From Candidatus Bilamarchaeum dharawalense (GTDB taxonomy: Archaea > Micrarchaeota > Micrarchaeia > Anstonellales > Bilamarchaeaceae), in contig CABMJJ010000009.1 of NCBI GenBank assembly GCA_902386555.1, positions 495,384 to 559,383 on the forward strand: a stretch of DNA of 64,000 nucleotides, written 5' to 3'. The position numbers and the translations under genes are program-made. This document shows positions 1-9,590 of this stretch, one piece after another. The notes below the pieces were generated by a model. That model ran no database searches and had not been told where the DNA came from. It worked only from the letters and a program-made list of their open reading frames with translations. How positions within the stretch are numbered: the stretch's first letter is position 1; every line of letters begins with the position of its first letter.

Positions 1-582
1 GAATTCGATCAATATGAAGATTTCGAACGTCAAAATCCAGAACAGGCAAAACACGTTCTAGTTTCTTTTGGGGGAAGCGATCCCAAGGGTGCTACACTAT
101 TAACAGTCAAGGCACTCAAATCCCTCCCCAATCCTTTTTCGGTAAGTGTTGTCGTAGGTAAAACTTTCAAGAATAGCGAGGCTCTTGCGAAGGAAATCGG
201 GTTAGATTCACGATTCATTGTTCTTCAAGATATTTCCGATATTTCCAAAAAAATGGCAATGTGCGATCTGGCCATTGTAAGTCCAAGTACCACCTTCTAT
301 GAGTTAGCATTTTTCAGAATCCCAACAATACTTATCGTTCAAGCTGACAACCAAGAGATGGTTGCAGATTACGCAGGTAAGAATGAACTAGCCATATCCC
401 TAGGTGACATTAGACATATCAATTATGATCTACTGGCAAACACAATTTCCGCGTTAATTCAAAATAGGGCAGAACGTGATCGAATGTCTGCTCGTTTGGA
501 TGATATGGTTGATGGATTGGGTCGTTTTAGATTAGCAGAAGAAATCTTAAAACTCTATAAGGAGAAAACAGAAACGATTTAA
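1..582 (+). CDS. PseG/MurG-like glycosyltransferase (family 28 C-terminal domain), 5'-truncated by the window edge
   Basis: Frame 1 is open from nt 1 and runs into track ORF 253..582. The translation EFDQYEDFERQNPEQAKHVLVSFGGSDPKGATLL... resembles the nucleotide-sugar-binding C-terminal half of PseG/MurG-type enzymes. The antisense track ORF 30..218 is therefore spurious. Confidence 0.5.
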   Translation, partial: EFDQYEDFERQNPEQAKHVLVSFGGSDPKGATLLTVKALKSLPNPFSVSVVVGKTFKNSEALAKEIGLDSRFIVLQDISDISKKMAMCDLAIVSPSTTFYELAFFRIPTILIVQADNQEMVADYAGKNELAISLGDIRHINYDLLANTISALIQNRAERDRMSARLDDMVDGLGRFRLAEEILKLYKEKTETI

Positions 583-614
583 ACCGAATTAAATAGTAGG
601 TCTAAGGTATTTTT

Positions 615-1508
615 ATGAAAATTCTCGTTACTGGTGCACTTGGTTTTATTGGTTCACATCTAACCGAGCGTCTTGTCAGGGATGGTCATGAAGTTGTTGC
701 ATTGGATAATATGCATACTGGCAATGAAGCAAACGTTGCCGCAGTAAAAAATAAAATCAAAATTCTTAAGATGAATTCTGGTGATATTAGCAAATTAGAA
801 GAAAAATTTGACACCATCTACCATCAGGGTATTTATTCTTCTTCACCCATGTATAAGGAAAACCCTCATTTTACTGCAAAAGTCATTGATGAATGGATCT
901 CTATTCTAGAATATACTAGAAAAAATAACAATAAACTGATTTTTGCCTCTTCAAGTTCTCTATATAATGGGAACAAACCACCACACCGCGAAGATATGGA
1001 AATAAAAATTACAGATTTCTATACCGAAGCTCGTTATACAATGGAGAGATTAGCGATTCTTTATCATGATCTCTATGGTATCAAGAGTATCGGCCTACGT
1101 TACTTTAGCGTATACGGCCCTCATGAAAAGTCCAAGGGAAAATATGCAAATCTTGTTTCACAATTTTTATGGGAAATGCAAGCTGGACACCAGCCTCTGC
1201 TTCTAGGTGACGGTACACAATCCCGAGATTTCACCTATGTTGATGATGTTGTTGAAGCCAATCTACTTGCTTTGAAATACAGTAAATTTGGAATTTTCAA
1301 TGTTGGAACAGGGAAAAACGTTAATCTTAACCAGGTAGTAAATTTACTAAATAAAAAACTCGGTACGAATATCCAGCCAAAATATGAACCGAACAAAATC
1401 AAAAACTATGTTCCACATACTCTTGCCGACACCTCAAAAACAAAGGCTGAACTTGGTTTTAGTGCTAAAACAAACCTTGAGAAAGGGATCGATCTTATCT
1501 GTAGGTAA
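615..1508 (+). CDS. NAD-dependent sugar epimerase/dehydratase (SDR family)
   Basis: N-terminal Rossmann motif VTGALGFIGSHL. The 297-aa length and overall pattern fit UDP-sugar 4-epimerases, and the gene lies in a glycan cluster. Confidence 0.8.
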   Translation: MKILVTGALGFIGSHLTERLVRDGHEVVALDNMHTGNEANVAAVKNKIKILKMNSGDISKLEEKFDTIYHQGIYSSSPMYKENPHFTAKVIDEWISILEYTRKNNNKLIFASSSSLYNGNKPPHREDMEIKITDFYTEARYTMERLAILYHDLYGIKSIGLRYFSVYGPHEKSKGKYANLVSQFLWEMQAGHQPLLLGDGTQSRDFTYVDDVVEANLLALKYSKFGIFNVGTGKNVNLNQVVNLLNKKLGTNIQPKYEPNKIKNYVPHTLADTSKTKAELGFSAKTNLEKGIDLICR

Positions 1509-1512
1509 AACC

Positions 1513-3141
1513 ATGGAAATTTCCCAACACTCCAAGGAAGTTGCAAAAGGTAGTTTTTGGGGACTTTTAGGAAATCTCATCTTTAAACTTTCCTCATTTT
1601 TCTATACTGTTCTCATTGCTCGTGTTGCCTCTCAGAACGATGTTGGTCTATTCTATCTTGGACTTAGTATCATCTCATTATTTGCTGTTTTCAGTGATCT
1701 AGGACTTTCAGGTTCAGTTCTTCGTTATCTTCCTTTTTTCGAAGGAAGAAACCAAAAATCGAAAATCAAAGACCTTATCCGATCAAGCTACAAAATTGTT
1801 TTAGTGCTAGGCCTTCTTTTATCTTCGATTATATTTCTATCAGCAGATTGGATCGGTCAAGTCTATCATAATCAAAATCTTCCTGATACTCTGCGCATTT
1901 TCTCTGCATTCATACTTATACAAAACATCTTCCGTTTGGATCTCTCATTTTTACAAAGTAAGGGTGATATCAAATTCAATCAATTCGCTTCGAACATTCA
2001 GAATGTTTCCAAATTGATTTTTACCTCTGTTCTTTTTTATCTATACGGTCCTTCAGTTGCAACTCTTATTCTGGCATTTATTCTTTCTCATGTTTTAGCT
2101 ATACTAATAATGTTCCTTAGAATTAAGGATCTTTTATCTCAACTTCCCAAGGATGGTGCGGGGATTTCAAAGGAAGAGTTTGTTAATGAAATAATCCCTC
2201 TCGGAATACTAATAGGGATAGTTGGTGCATTCAGTCTATTACTTGCATCAGTAGATAGAATTGTTATGGGTCTTATCATGGATCCAACAACCGTAGAAAC
2301 TTCCCTGGCAATCTATTCAATTGCAACTGCACTTGCCATTTCCATAAACATTTTTCCCGGGGCGGTTCAAGGTATTTTCTTCCCCGTGGTGTCCAGGATT
2401 TTCGGTAAAGGTGCCAATAACGAAGCAATTTCTCTTATGCAGTCCTCTCAACGTTGGTCTATGTTTATCACAATTCCGATTGCAGTTGTCATGATCATTT
2501 TCTCTTCAGACATGTTGCGAATATTTTACGGTGTAAATTACCAACCTGGTTGGTTGGTACTATCCCTATTCACTTTAGGTAGTTTGTTTACCAATCTCCT
2601 TTCTGTTATTGGGTTTGCATTGGTTGCAAATAGGTTGGTTAAAATAGAGCTCCAAATGTCAGTTGCAGCAACCATACTCAACATACTACTTTGCGTTCTA
2701 CTGGTGCCTTTATTTGGTATAAACGGTGCAGCATTGGCCTGGTTCATAAGCATGGGTGCAATTACAATGATGTTGCAGTATTATGGAAAGAAGATTTTCA
2801 ATTTTACCACACCCTCGGAAATTTACAAACTTCTATTTGCTGGGTTGGTTGCATTTATCCTCGCCCTATTGGTTAAACCACTAATTGTCGATCTAATTTC
2901 GTTTATACCTACTTTATCAGAAACAGGGCCAACACAATATATTATTAGTAAACTAATTTACCTGGCCTATCTTGGCATTCTTAGTCTCTTCACTGGTGTC
3001 CTATTCATTCTCCTCTCCCTGTTCCTGAAATGTTTTCATTCTGAAGACATTTCCCTAATGAATTCTGTACTTAGACGAGCGTTCGTTCCTCAACCTATAG
3101 TTGATTTTGCAGTAAAAGTTGCATCATATGGGGTAAAATAG
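1513..3141 (+). CDS. polysaccharide flippase (Wzx/MOP superfamily), polytopic membrane protein
   Basis: Long hydrophobic protein. The ATG at 1513 (MEISQHSKEVAKGSFWG...) lies just after the epimerase stop, whereas the track start at 1384 would overlap the epimerase by 125 nt. Confidence 0.65.
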   Translation: MEISQHSKEVAKGSFWGLLGNLIFKLSSFFYTVLIARVASQNDVGLFYLGLSIISLFAVFSDLGLSGSVLRYLPFFEGRNQKSKIKDLIRSSYKIVLVLGLLLSSIIFLSADWIGQVYHNQNLPDTLRIFSAFILIQNIFRLDLSFLQSKGDIKFNQFASNIQNVSKLIFTSVLFYLYGPSVATLILAFILSHVLAILIMFLRIKDLLSQLPKDGAGISKEEFVNEIIPLGILIGIVGAFSLLLASVDRIVMGLIMDPTTVETSLAIYSIATALAISINIFPGAVQGIFFPVVSRIFGKGANNEAISLMQSSQRWSMFITIPIAVVMIIFSSDMLRIFYGVNYQPGWLVLSLFTLGSLFTNLLSVIGFALVANRLVKIELQMSVAATILNILLCVLLVPLFGINGAALAWFISMGAITMMLQYYGKKIFNFTTPSEIYKLLFAGLVAFILALLVKPLIVDLISFIPTLSETGPTQYIISKLIYLAYLGILSLFTGVLFILLSLFLKCFHSEDISLMNSVLRRAFVPQPIVDFAVKVASYGVK

Positions 3142-3175
3142 CCGTTTTTAAACCGTTCCCATCAATTTTGATTCC

Positions 3176-4024
3176 ATGTTGGAAGACATTATTTTTGGTC
3201 AACTCACCATGCCAGGTGAACTCATAAGATTAGTGGTTGCATTTCTAGGTGTTTTAGTTGCCACCTACTACGATATTTTCAATAAGAAAAATATCCCAGA
3301 CTTGTTTCTCTATGCCTTCTTGGCAATTGCGTTTTTAGTAAATCTAGTGTTTTATGAGCCAAACCTATTCTGGTTCTCTCTTGCCCTGGCTGTTTTCGTT
3401 TCGGCAATTGGCTATGTGTTCTACAGAGTTGGCCAACTCGGAGGAGCAGACATATTCATTCTAGCTTCAATCATGCTTCTGCTGCCACTTCATCCAGAAT
3501 TTGTCGGTATGACATTCAATGTACCATTTATCTTCTCAGTGATTATTTTCTCTGGAGTGGTATTCGCACTTTACATGATGATCTTTTTCGGTTTAAAGCT
3601 TCTTCAAACTGAAGCCAAACCAAATCTGCTCTATCTTCTAATGCTAATTCCCTATGGACTGTTTGCCTATGTTTACGTTGGTTCGTTCCTCTTTTCACCA
3701 CTCTATTTTGCTTTCATCACAATCTCTCTATTTGCAATAATCCTTCTTATGATGTTCAAAGATTCGATTAACCGATTACTTGCTGAGGAACTACCTGTTT
3801 CCCAACTCCAACCAGAAGATATTCTTGCACTTGAACTCATCAATAAGGACATGATACACAGATATAAACTCACAAGACTTGTTACAACGGGTGAGATTGA
3901 ACGATTGAAAAAGACTAAAATAAGCGATGTTTGGGTCTATACAAAATTACCACCATTCATTCCATTTGTTCTCATAGGTATGGTTCTTTCACTGCTATTT
4001 GCAAAATACCTCTTATTATTTTAA
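3176..4024 (+). CDS. A24-family aspartic peptidase (prepilin/preflagellin peptidase-like) with a C-terminal extension
   Basis: Polytopic membrane protein with YYDIFNKKNIPD and LGGADIF segments, which match the two catalytic-Asp motifs of FlaK/PibD-type enzymes. Confidence 0.5.
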   Translation: MLEDIIFGQLTMPGELIRLVVAFLGVLVATYYDIFNKKNIPDLFLYAFLAIAFLVNLVFYEPNLFWFSLALAVFVSAIGYVFYRVGQLGGADIFILASIMLLLPLHPEFVGMTFNVPFIFSVIIFSGVVFALYMMIFFGLKLLQTEAKPNLLYLLMLIPYGLFAYVYVGSFLFSPLYFAFITISLFAIILLMMFKDSINRLLAEELPVSQLQPEDILALELINKDMIHRYKLTRLVTTGEIERLKKTKISDVWVYTKLPPFIPFVLIGMVLSLLFAKYLLLF

Positions 4025-4045
4025 TTTTACTTTTGAGTGTTTTCT

Positions 4046-5224
4046 ATGGACCTGGACGTACTTCTGAATTATGCAATCGCTTTTTTTACTTTGTTCTCAG
4101 TCTGGGTCTTCATCCTTCTGTTTCTAAAACACAGGGATGAGTACAATGAAAAACTTTCCAAGCCCCAAAAAACACCACAGGTTTCGATTGTTATACCTGC
4201 ATACAATGAAGAAAAATATCTCGAACATTGTCTGAAAAATACGTTAGCCATTGACTACCCTAAATTCGAGGTCATCCTTGTTGATGATGGTTCCACAGAT
4301 AGCACCTACAAAATAGCAAAGTCCTTCAAAGACGAACGGCTAAAAGTATATACTAAAAAAAACAGTGGAAAAGGAGCGACTCTTAATTTTGGCATTGGGA
4401 AAGCCAAAGGCGAGATCCTAGCCACCATGGATGCAGATTCCTACCCGTCAAAGAACGTTTTATGGGAGTTATTACCTTATTTTAATGATCCGGAAGTCAT
4501 GGCCGTTTCTCCAGCAGTTAAGATTAAAGAAAGCAATTCTTGGTTCAAGGAGGTCCAGCGCATTGAGTATCTCATGATTCTTTTCTCAAGAAAGGTGCTT
4601 AGTTTTATTGATAGCGTTTCTGTAACTCCCGGTCCGTTTAGCATTTTTAGGGCAAGCATTTTTGATAAGATTGGTGGGTTTGACGAGCATAATCTAGTCG
4701 AAGATCAGGAAATCGCACTCAGAATCCAAGCCCATAACTATAAAATTAAAAGTTCAATGACCGCCGATGTTTATACCGAACCACCTGACACAATGGGCGA
4801 TCTTCTCAAACAAAGAGTGCGGTGGCAGAGAGGCGGCATCCGCAACTATTGGAATTATAAGTTCATGATAAAACCAGCATATGGCGATTTTGGCATGTAT
4901 TTCATCCCTCTTAATTTTATCACACTGGCCTGCTTTTTCCTATTGGTTGGTTTAATGTTCTATTCACTTATCAGTTCCCCTTATTACACACGTTATGTTT
5001 GGATAGATGCCATCGGTCTCAATGTCACATTGTTCACACTGGTGGCGTTTTTCGTGTTCATAATTCTTGCAATTTTCCTGTATCTTGCAGTTTCCAGCTT
5101 CAAAAACGAGCGCGTCAAACTCCGCTATATCTTCCTCTTCATGGCGTTCTACTGGTACCTTATGTTTGGCTACAACATGTTGTTTTTATTTAAAGAAATA
5201 AAGCGTGAGAATTATTCGTGGTGA
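4046..5224 (+). CDS. family 2 glycosyltransferase, processive-synthase type
   Basis: Motifs VSIVIPAYNEE, ILVDDGSTD, MDADS and QRVRWQRG (QxxRW) are followed by C-terminal TM helices. The ATG at 4046 is preferred over the GTG at 4037. Confidence 0.8.
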   Translation: MDLDVLLNYAIAFFTLFSVWVFILLFLKHRDEYNEKLSKPQKTPQVSIVIPAYNEEKYLEHCLKNTLAIDYPKFEVILVDDGSTDSTYKIAKSFKDERLKVYTKKNSGKGATLNFGIGKAKGEILATMDADSYPSKNVLWELLPYFNDPEVMAVSPAVKIKESNSWFKEVQRIEYLMILFSRKVLSFIDSVSVTPGPFSIFRASIFDKIGGFDEHNLVEDQEIALRIQAHNYKIKSSMTADVYTEPPDTMGDLLKQRVRWQRGGIRNYWNYKFMIKPAYGDFGMYFIPLNFITLACFFLLVGLMFYSLISSPYYTRYVWIDAIGLNVTLFTLVAFFVFIILAIFLYLAVSSFKNERVKLRYIFLFMAFYWYLMFGYNMLFLFKEIKRENYSW

Positions 5225-5228
5225 AAAA

Positions 5229-5882
5229 ATGGAGAGAAAAATAAGTACGCCTGTTTATCTTCTTGCGTTTTTCCTATCACTTGTCATATTTCTCATTGGA
5301 ATCTACGTTGGTTATCTCATTGATTCGGCCAATCTTCAAAGTATCTCTGGTGAGGTTTCCAATGTGTCTGATCGAGTGGCTTCGATTCAACTTATTCTTT
5401 TGAGCGAATCAAATTCCTCCTCATTTTGTCCTGTTTATCTATCCGAATTGGATGCCCTGGATAGTCAGATTGAAAAAATTGGATATAAACTGGCTTTCCT
5501 GGAGGACGAACGCAATATTTTTGATGATGAATTGAAGAAAAAATATTTTGTGCTGGAAGCAGAATCCTATCTTCTTTCAAAGAAAATGAATACTGTTTGC
5601 AATTCCAACCTGACTCTCTTGGTTAATTTCTATTCCAACAAAAACTGCGGTCAAATTTGTAAAGATCAGGGTGCGGCTGTGCTTCAAGCGCGGGATGACC
5701 TGGTCCACCAAATGAATGTCAAACTATTCTCATTTGATGGCGAACTGGATAGTCCTGTTGCCGAAGCTTTTGAAGTACAATATAATGTAACCCTATACCC
5801 AACTTTAGTGATAAATGAGAAAACCTATTCCGGCTACCAAAGTTCTGATCAAATCAAACAAATAATCAAGGCATCCAAATGA
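5229..5882 (+). CDS. membrane-anchored exported protein, possible thioredoxin-fold (CxxxC)
   Basis: N-terminal TM helix. The NCGQIC segment and the C-terminal YPTLVINEKTYSGY segment resemble a Trx-like fold. The ATG lies 4 nt after the GT2 stop. Confidence 0.5.
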   Translation: MERKISTPVYLLAFFLSLVIFLIGIYVGYLIDSANLQSISGEVSNVSDRVASIQLILLSESNSSSFCPVYLSELDALDSQIEKIGYKLAFLEDERNIFDDELKKKYFVLEAESYLLSKKMNTVCNSNLTLLVNFYSNKNCGQICKDQGAAVLQARDDLVHQMNVKLFSFDGELDSPVAEAFEVQYNVTLYPTLVINEKTYSGYQSSDQIKQIIKASK

Positions 5883-6124
5883 TTATCCTGGTTTCAGTTG
5901 TTCCAGATTCAAAAAAATTTTCTATTTCTGTTAAGGATAATAGACTCAAAATACATTTGGAAAGCCCACCTGAAAACAACAAGGCCAATGTCGAGTTGAT
6001 CACCAAACTTTCCAAAATACTCGGGAAAAAAGTACAATTGATTTCTGGTCACAGATCCAAACATAAAAAATTGGCAATAGATATCTCCGAGGGAGAATGG
6101 AATATTTTTCTGAAAAACATTTGA
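5879..6124 (+). CDS. DUF167/YggU-family small protein
   Basis: 81 aa. The segment PPENNKANVELITKLSKILGKKVQLISGHRSKHKKL matches the UPF0235 pattern. It shares a 4-nt ATGA start/stop overlap with the upstream gene. Confidence 0.6.
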   Translation: MIILVSVVPDSKKFSISVKDNRLKIHLESPPENNKANVELITKLSKILGKKVQLISGHRSKHKKLAIDISEGEWNIFLKNI

Positions 6125-6189
6125 TTATCATACCCCTTGGTGTTTACTGCCCCGCAATTAACCTTAAAAGCTTGATCCTGGCGTTTATT

Positions 6190-6765
6190 ATGGGTGAACT
6201 AATGGCATTTGAACTTATACTTGCTGCAGTTTGTTTAGTCGGTCTAGTCATATTCGTACTACTGTATGTGGTTATGATCTATAACCGCCTTATCTCTCTA
6301 AGAAACCGGGTAGATAACGCCTGGGCCCAGATAGATGTTCAGCTCAAAAGAAGGTATGACCTTATACCCAACTTGATTGAAACTGTAAAAGGCTACATGA
6401 AGCACGAACGGGGCACCTTGGAAACAATAACCAAATATCGTGCCCAGTTAGTTACTGGTACTGCTGAAGAAAAAGTAAAAGCTAACAACATGCTTACCCA
6501 GGCGCTCAAATCCGTATTTGCAGTTGCTGAAAACTACCCAAAACTCGAGGCCAGTGAAAACTTCAAGATGCTTCAAGAGGAACTTGCCGGTACTGAGAAT
6601 AAAATCGCATACATCAGAACAGCCTACAACGATTCTGTACTTGAATATACCAATTCAATCCAAATGTTCCCGAGCAATCTCATTGCAGGCATTTTAGGAT
6701 TCCAAAAAAAACCTTACTTGGAAGTACCTGAAGAAGAAAAGAAAAACGTCAAGGTACAGTTCTAG
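6190..6765 (+). CDS. lemA: LemA family membrane protein
   Basis: An N-terminal TM helix is followed by YNRLISLRNRVDNAWAQIDVQLKRRYDLIPNL, which is typical of LemA. The start was moved to the internal ATG before the TM helix. Confidence 0.8.
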   Translation: MGELMAFELILAAVCLVGLVIFVLLYVVMIYNRLISLRNRVDNAWAQIDVQLKRRYDLIPNLIETVKGYMKHERGTLETITKYRAQLVTGTAEEKVKANNMLTQALKSVFAVAENYPKLEASENFKMLQEELAGTENKIAYIRTAYNDSVLEYTNSIQMFPSNLIAGILGFQKKPYLEVPEEEKKNVKVQF

Positions 6766-6774
6766 TGTGTCACA

Positions 6775-7653
6775 ATGGCAAAAATCAGCTTCTTTGATGC
6801 GGCAGAACAGAATAAGCGCAATTCACTTATTATTGTTGCTGCCATGTTTTTCATTTTTTTTCTTATGGTTCTAGTTTTATCAATGGCACTTAAGCTTGGG
6901 TTGTGTGGGCCAGTTCTAGGTCTTTTTGCGCTTATCTTCTACGGGGTTGTTGTCTACTATCAAGGGGACCAGATGATACTTGCCATGGCCGGCGCCCACG
7001 AAGCGAAAAAAACAGAATATCCATTTTTGTATAATGTTGTGGAAGGACTGGCCCTGGCATCCAATATTCCCGTGCCTAAAGTTTACGTTATCAATGATCC
7101 GAGTCCCAATGCGTTTGCAACTGGTCGTGATCCACAGCATGCATCAGTTGCCGTGACATCCGGTCTACTCTCCATTTTAAAGCGTGAAGAACTGGAAGGG
7201 GTGGTTGCCCATGAAATTTCTCATGTTGCCAATTACGATATCCGCTTTTCCATGCTTGCCATTGTTTTTGTTGGTGCAATTGCTCTTATCGGGGAGTTTG
7301 CCTGGCGTGCAGCTATTCTTGGCGGTAGGGGTAGAAAAGGTGGTGGGGCAGGTCTCATACTCATCGCTCTTGTGTTTGTTATTCTTGCACCCATATTCGT
7401 TCAGATCCTAAGATTTGCATTGTCTCGTGAAAGAGAGTACCTTGCCGATGCCAATGGAGCCAAACTCACCCGATATCCTGATGGTCTGGCCAGTGCACTG
7501 GAAAAAATTGGCAAAACCAATACCCCAACAAAAAGTGCAAATGATACCACTGCGTCACTGTTTTTTTCCAATCCATTCCCAAACAAATTCGGATTTTTTG
7601 GTTCTACTCATCCAAAGATAGAAGACCGAATAAAAAGACTAAGGGCAATGTGA
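6775..7653 (+). CDS. htpX: M48 zinc metalloprotease HtpX
   Basis: HEISHV zinc motif and four-TM topology, with C-terminal LADANGAKLTRYPDGLASALEKI. Confidence 0.85.
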   Translation: MAKISFFDAAEQNKRNSLIIVAAMFFIFFLMVLVLSMALKLGLCGPVLGLFALIFYGVVVYYQGDQMILAMAGAHEAKKTEYPFLYNVVEGLALASNIPVPKVYVINDPSPNAFATGRDPQHASVAVTSGLLSILKREELEGVVAHEISHVANYDIRFSMLAIVFVGAIALIGEFAWRAAILGGRGRKGGGAGLILIALVFVILAPIFVQILRFALSREREYLADANGAKLTRYPDGLASALEKIGKTNTPTKSANDTTASLFFSNPFPNKFGFFGSTHPKIEDRIKRLRAM

Positions 7654-7715
7654 TGCGAATATAAATATTCTCATGGTATATCTATCGAATTTTATCCATA
7701 TTTAGAGGTGAATTT

Positions 7716-8429
7716 ATGTACGGCGTGTCCCCCCAGGCTTATGATAGAGCAATTACGGTTTTTAGTCCAGACGGAAGATTATTCCAAGTTGAGTATGCAA
7801 AAGAGGCTGTGAAAAGAGGCGCAACAGCCATGGGCATAACTTCAAAGGAAGGAGTTGCACTGGTTGCTTTCAAGTCCATCCACTCCAAATTAGTGGTTCC
7901 AGAATCCTTGAAAAAAGTGTTTGAAATTGATAGCCACATAGTTGTTACTGCTTCCGGGCTCATTGCTGATGCACGAAGACTTGTTGACGTGGCAAGAGTG
8001 GATGCTCAAAAACACAGAATAACCTACAACGAGGCACCTAGTGTGGATTCAATTGCACGAAGTGCTTGCGATCTTATGCAGGTTTACACTCAATATGGCG
8101 GAATCAGACCATTTGGCGTTTCCCTACTAATTGCTGGTGTGGATGACCAGGGTCCTAAACTCTATGAAGCAGAGCCAAGCGGCGCCATGACAGCCTATAA
8201 GGCAGATTCAATTGGTGCCAATAAGAAAGAAGTGGATGAATATTTGGAATCAAAGTACGATGAAAAGATGAGCATTGATGATTCCATCAGGCTTTGTATA
8301 GAGGCTTTGAAAAAAACCCAGGAAGCCAAACTCCTCCAGGAAAATGTTGAAATTTCCTATGTCACTGTTAAATCAAAGAAATGTGTTTCATTACCTGACA
8401 AGGATGTTGGCAAATACCTCAAGAGCTAA
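7716..8429 (+). CDS. psmA: proteasome subunit alpha
   Basis: N-terminal YDRAITVFSPDGRLFQVEYAKEAV alpha-subunit signature. A GAGGTG Shine-Dalgarno sequence lies upstream. Confidence 0.9.
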   Translation: MYGVSPQAYDRAITVFSPDGRLFQVEYAKEAVKRGATAMGITSKEGVALVAFKSIHSKLVVPESLKKVFEIDSHIVVTASGLIADARRLVDVARVDAQKHRITYNEAPSVDSIARSACDLMQVYTQYGGIRPFGVSLLIAGVDDQGPKLYEAEPSGAMTAYKADSIGANKKEVDEYLESKYDEKMSIDDSIRLCIEALKKTQEAKLLQENVEISYVTVKSKKCVSLPDKDVGKYLKS

Positions 8430-8877
8430 TTTTTTCATATAATCTTTTTATATTTTCCCAGTGCCCACCTTCCCAATAGGCTTTGTTACATCTTTCACAT
8501 AACCAGAATTTCTCATGATTTTGGAAGACATTTTCAGGAACCATTTTCTGTATTCTCTCTTTTCCAACCGTGAGAAGTTCCCCATTACACATGGGACATC
8601 TTGTTTTATTTGGAAAATCAAATTTTATACCGAGTTCCTGTTTTATTTGGATAAGCTGTTCTTCAATTTTATCTGAACGAAGAAAAAGTGCATTTACCCC
8701 ATAATGTTTGGCTCTACTCACCAGATCAACATCTTTAGTTAACAGTGTCTGTCTATTCTTGGCAGCATGACGAATAAGTTCGTCATCATTTTTTGGTTTA
8801 ATGGTTTCCGCATCCACACCGAAAATTCTAAGCAATCTGGCAGTATGAAAAAGCATCTCGTCCAGTAACAATCTCAT
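8419..8877 (-). CDS. Mut7-C/DUF82 PIN-like RNase domain protein with a Zn ribbon
   Basis: MRLLLDEMLFHTARLLRIFGVDAE N-terminus plus the CPMCNG...CERCNKAYWEGGHW ribbon. Confidence 0.65.
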   Translation of the reverse strand: MRLLLDEMLFHTARLLRIFGVDAETIKPKNDDELIRHAAKNRQTLLTKDVDLVSRAKHYGVNALFLRSDKIEEQLIQIKQELGIKFDFPNKTRCPMCNGELLTVGKERIQKMVPENVFQNHEKFWLCERCNKAYWEGGHWENIKRLYEKISS

Positions 8878-9560
8878 GAAACTACAGTCCCACTGTGTGG
8901 TTTACCATCCACAGCCTTTTCCACATCTTCAAGGTTTTTTCCGCTTACAAAATGTGTTTCAATTTTCGATCGTGCAATAAGCTTGCAGGCAAGCAAATCA
9001 AAAACAAAATTAGTTCCAGCTGTTCTTCTATCGCTTTTAACCGCCAGGTCAATAAGCTGATCATAGGTCATTCGGTCAAATTTCTTTGCATTTGGATTTT
9101 CCTTTGGATTAGAATCATAAATACCTGCAGTATTGCTTATGTTTATCAAGCGTGTTGAGCCAAGGGCTTCTGCGAGCAACACCGAGTCCGTATCAGTTGT
9201 AACACCCGGGATGGTCCCACCCATCACAACAACTTTTTTACCAGTTTCACCGCAAGCTTCTTTCCGTGCTTTTTTGAAATCCTTGATGGCTTTTGGGTAG
9301 GCCATATCTCCAAAAACATCTGCAACCACCTGCGCATTTTTCCAGGTAATTTTTATTGCAGCTTCATCACATTCAAATTCGCTTTTTCCTTTTTCGCGCA
9401 TTTTTTTAGCTACTTTTCTTGCTCCAAAACCGCCACCAACAACTATCCCAAATTTGTTTTCGTTTTTGGCAATTATCTCCCTTATCCTAAGAACGTAATC
9501 CCTATCTGTGCCGTTTTCTGTATTTACCAAACTGCCGCCTAGTGATAAAACAATGTGCAT
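8874..9560 (-). CDS. pyrH: UMP kinase (archaeal type)
   Basis: Amino-acid kinase fold. Supporting segments are IVLSLGGS, VVGGGFGARK and GGTIPGVTTDTDSVLLAEAL. Confidence 0.8.
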   Translation of the reverse strand: MHIVLSLGGSLVNTENGTDRDYVLRIREIIAKNENKFGIVVGGGFGARKVAKKMREKGKSEFECDEAAIKITWKNAQVVADVFGDMAYPKAIKDFKKARKEACGETGKKVVVMGGTIPGVTTDTDSVLLAEALGSTRLINISNTAGIYDSNPKENPNAKKFDRMTYDQLIDLAVKSDRRTAGTNFVFDLLACKLIARSKIETHFVSGKNLEDVEKAVDGKPHSGTVVS

Positions 9561-9590
9561 GGTTAGCTATCTTCCTGATAATTTAAAATT

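Noticed and set aside
1-6. GAATTC at the very first bases as evidence of a cloning boundary
   Set aside because: EcoRI sites also occur internally in the window, and the window edges are arbitrary, so nothing biological can be inferred.
30-218. Track ORF on the minus strand at the left edge
   Set aside because: It lies antisense to a frame that is open from nt 1 and continues into the PseG-like ORF 253..582, so the plus-strand reading is far more plausible.
1384-1512. 5' extension of the flippase ORF
   Set aside because: It would overlap the epimerase gene by 125 nt. An ATG at 1513, just after the epimerase stop, gives a normal N-terminus.
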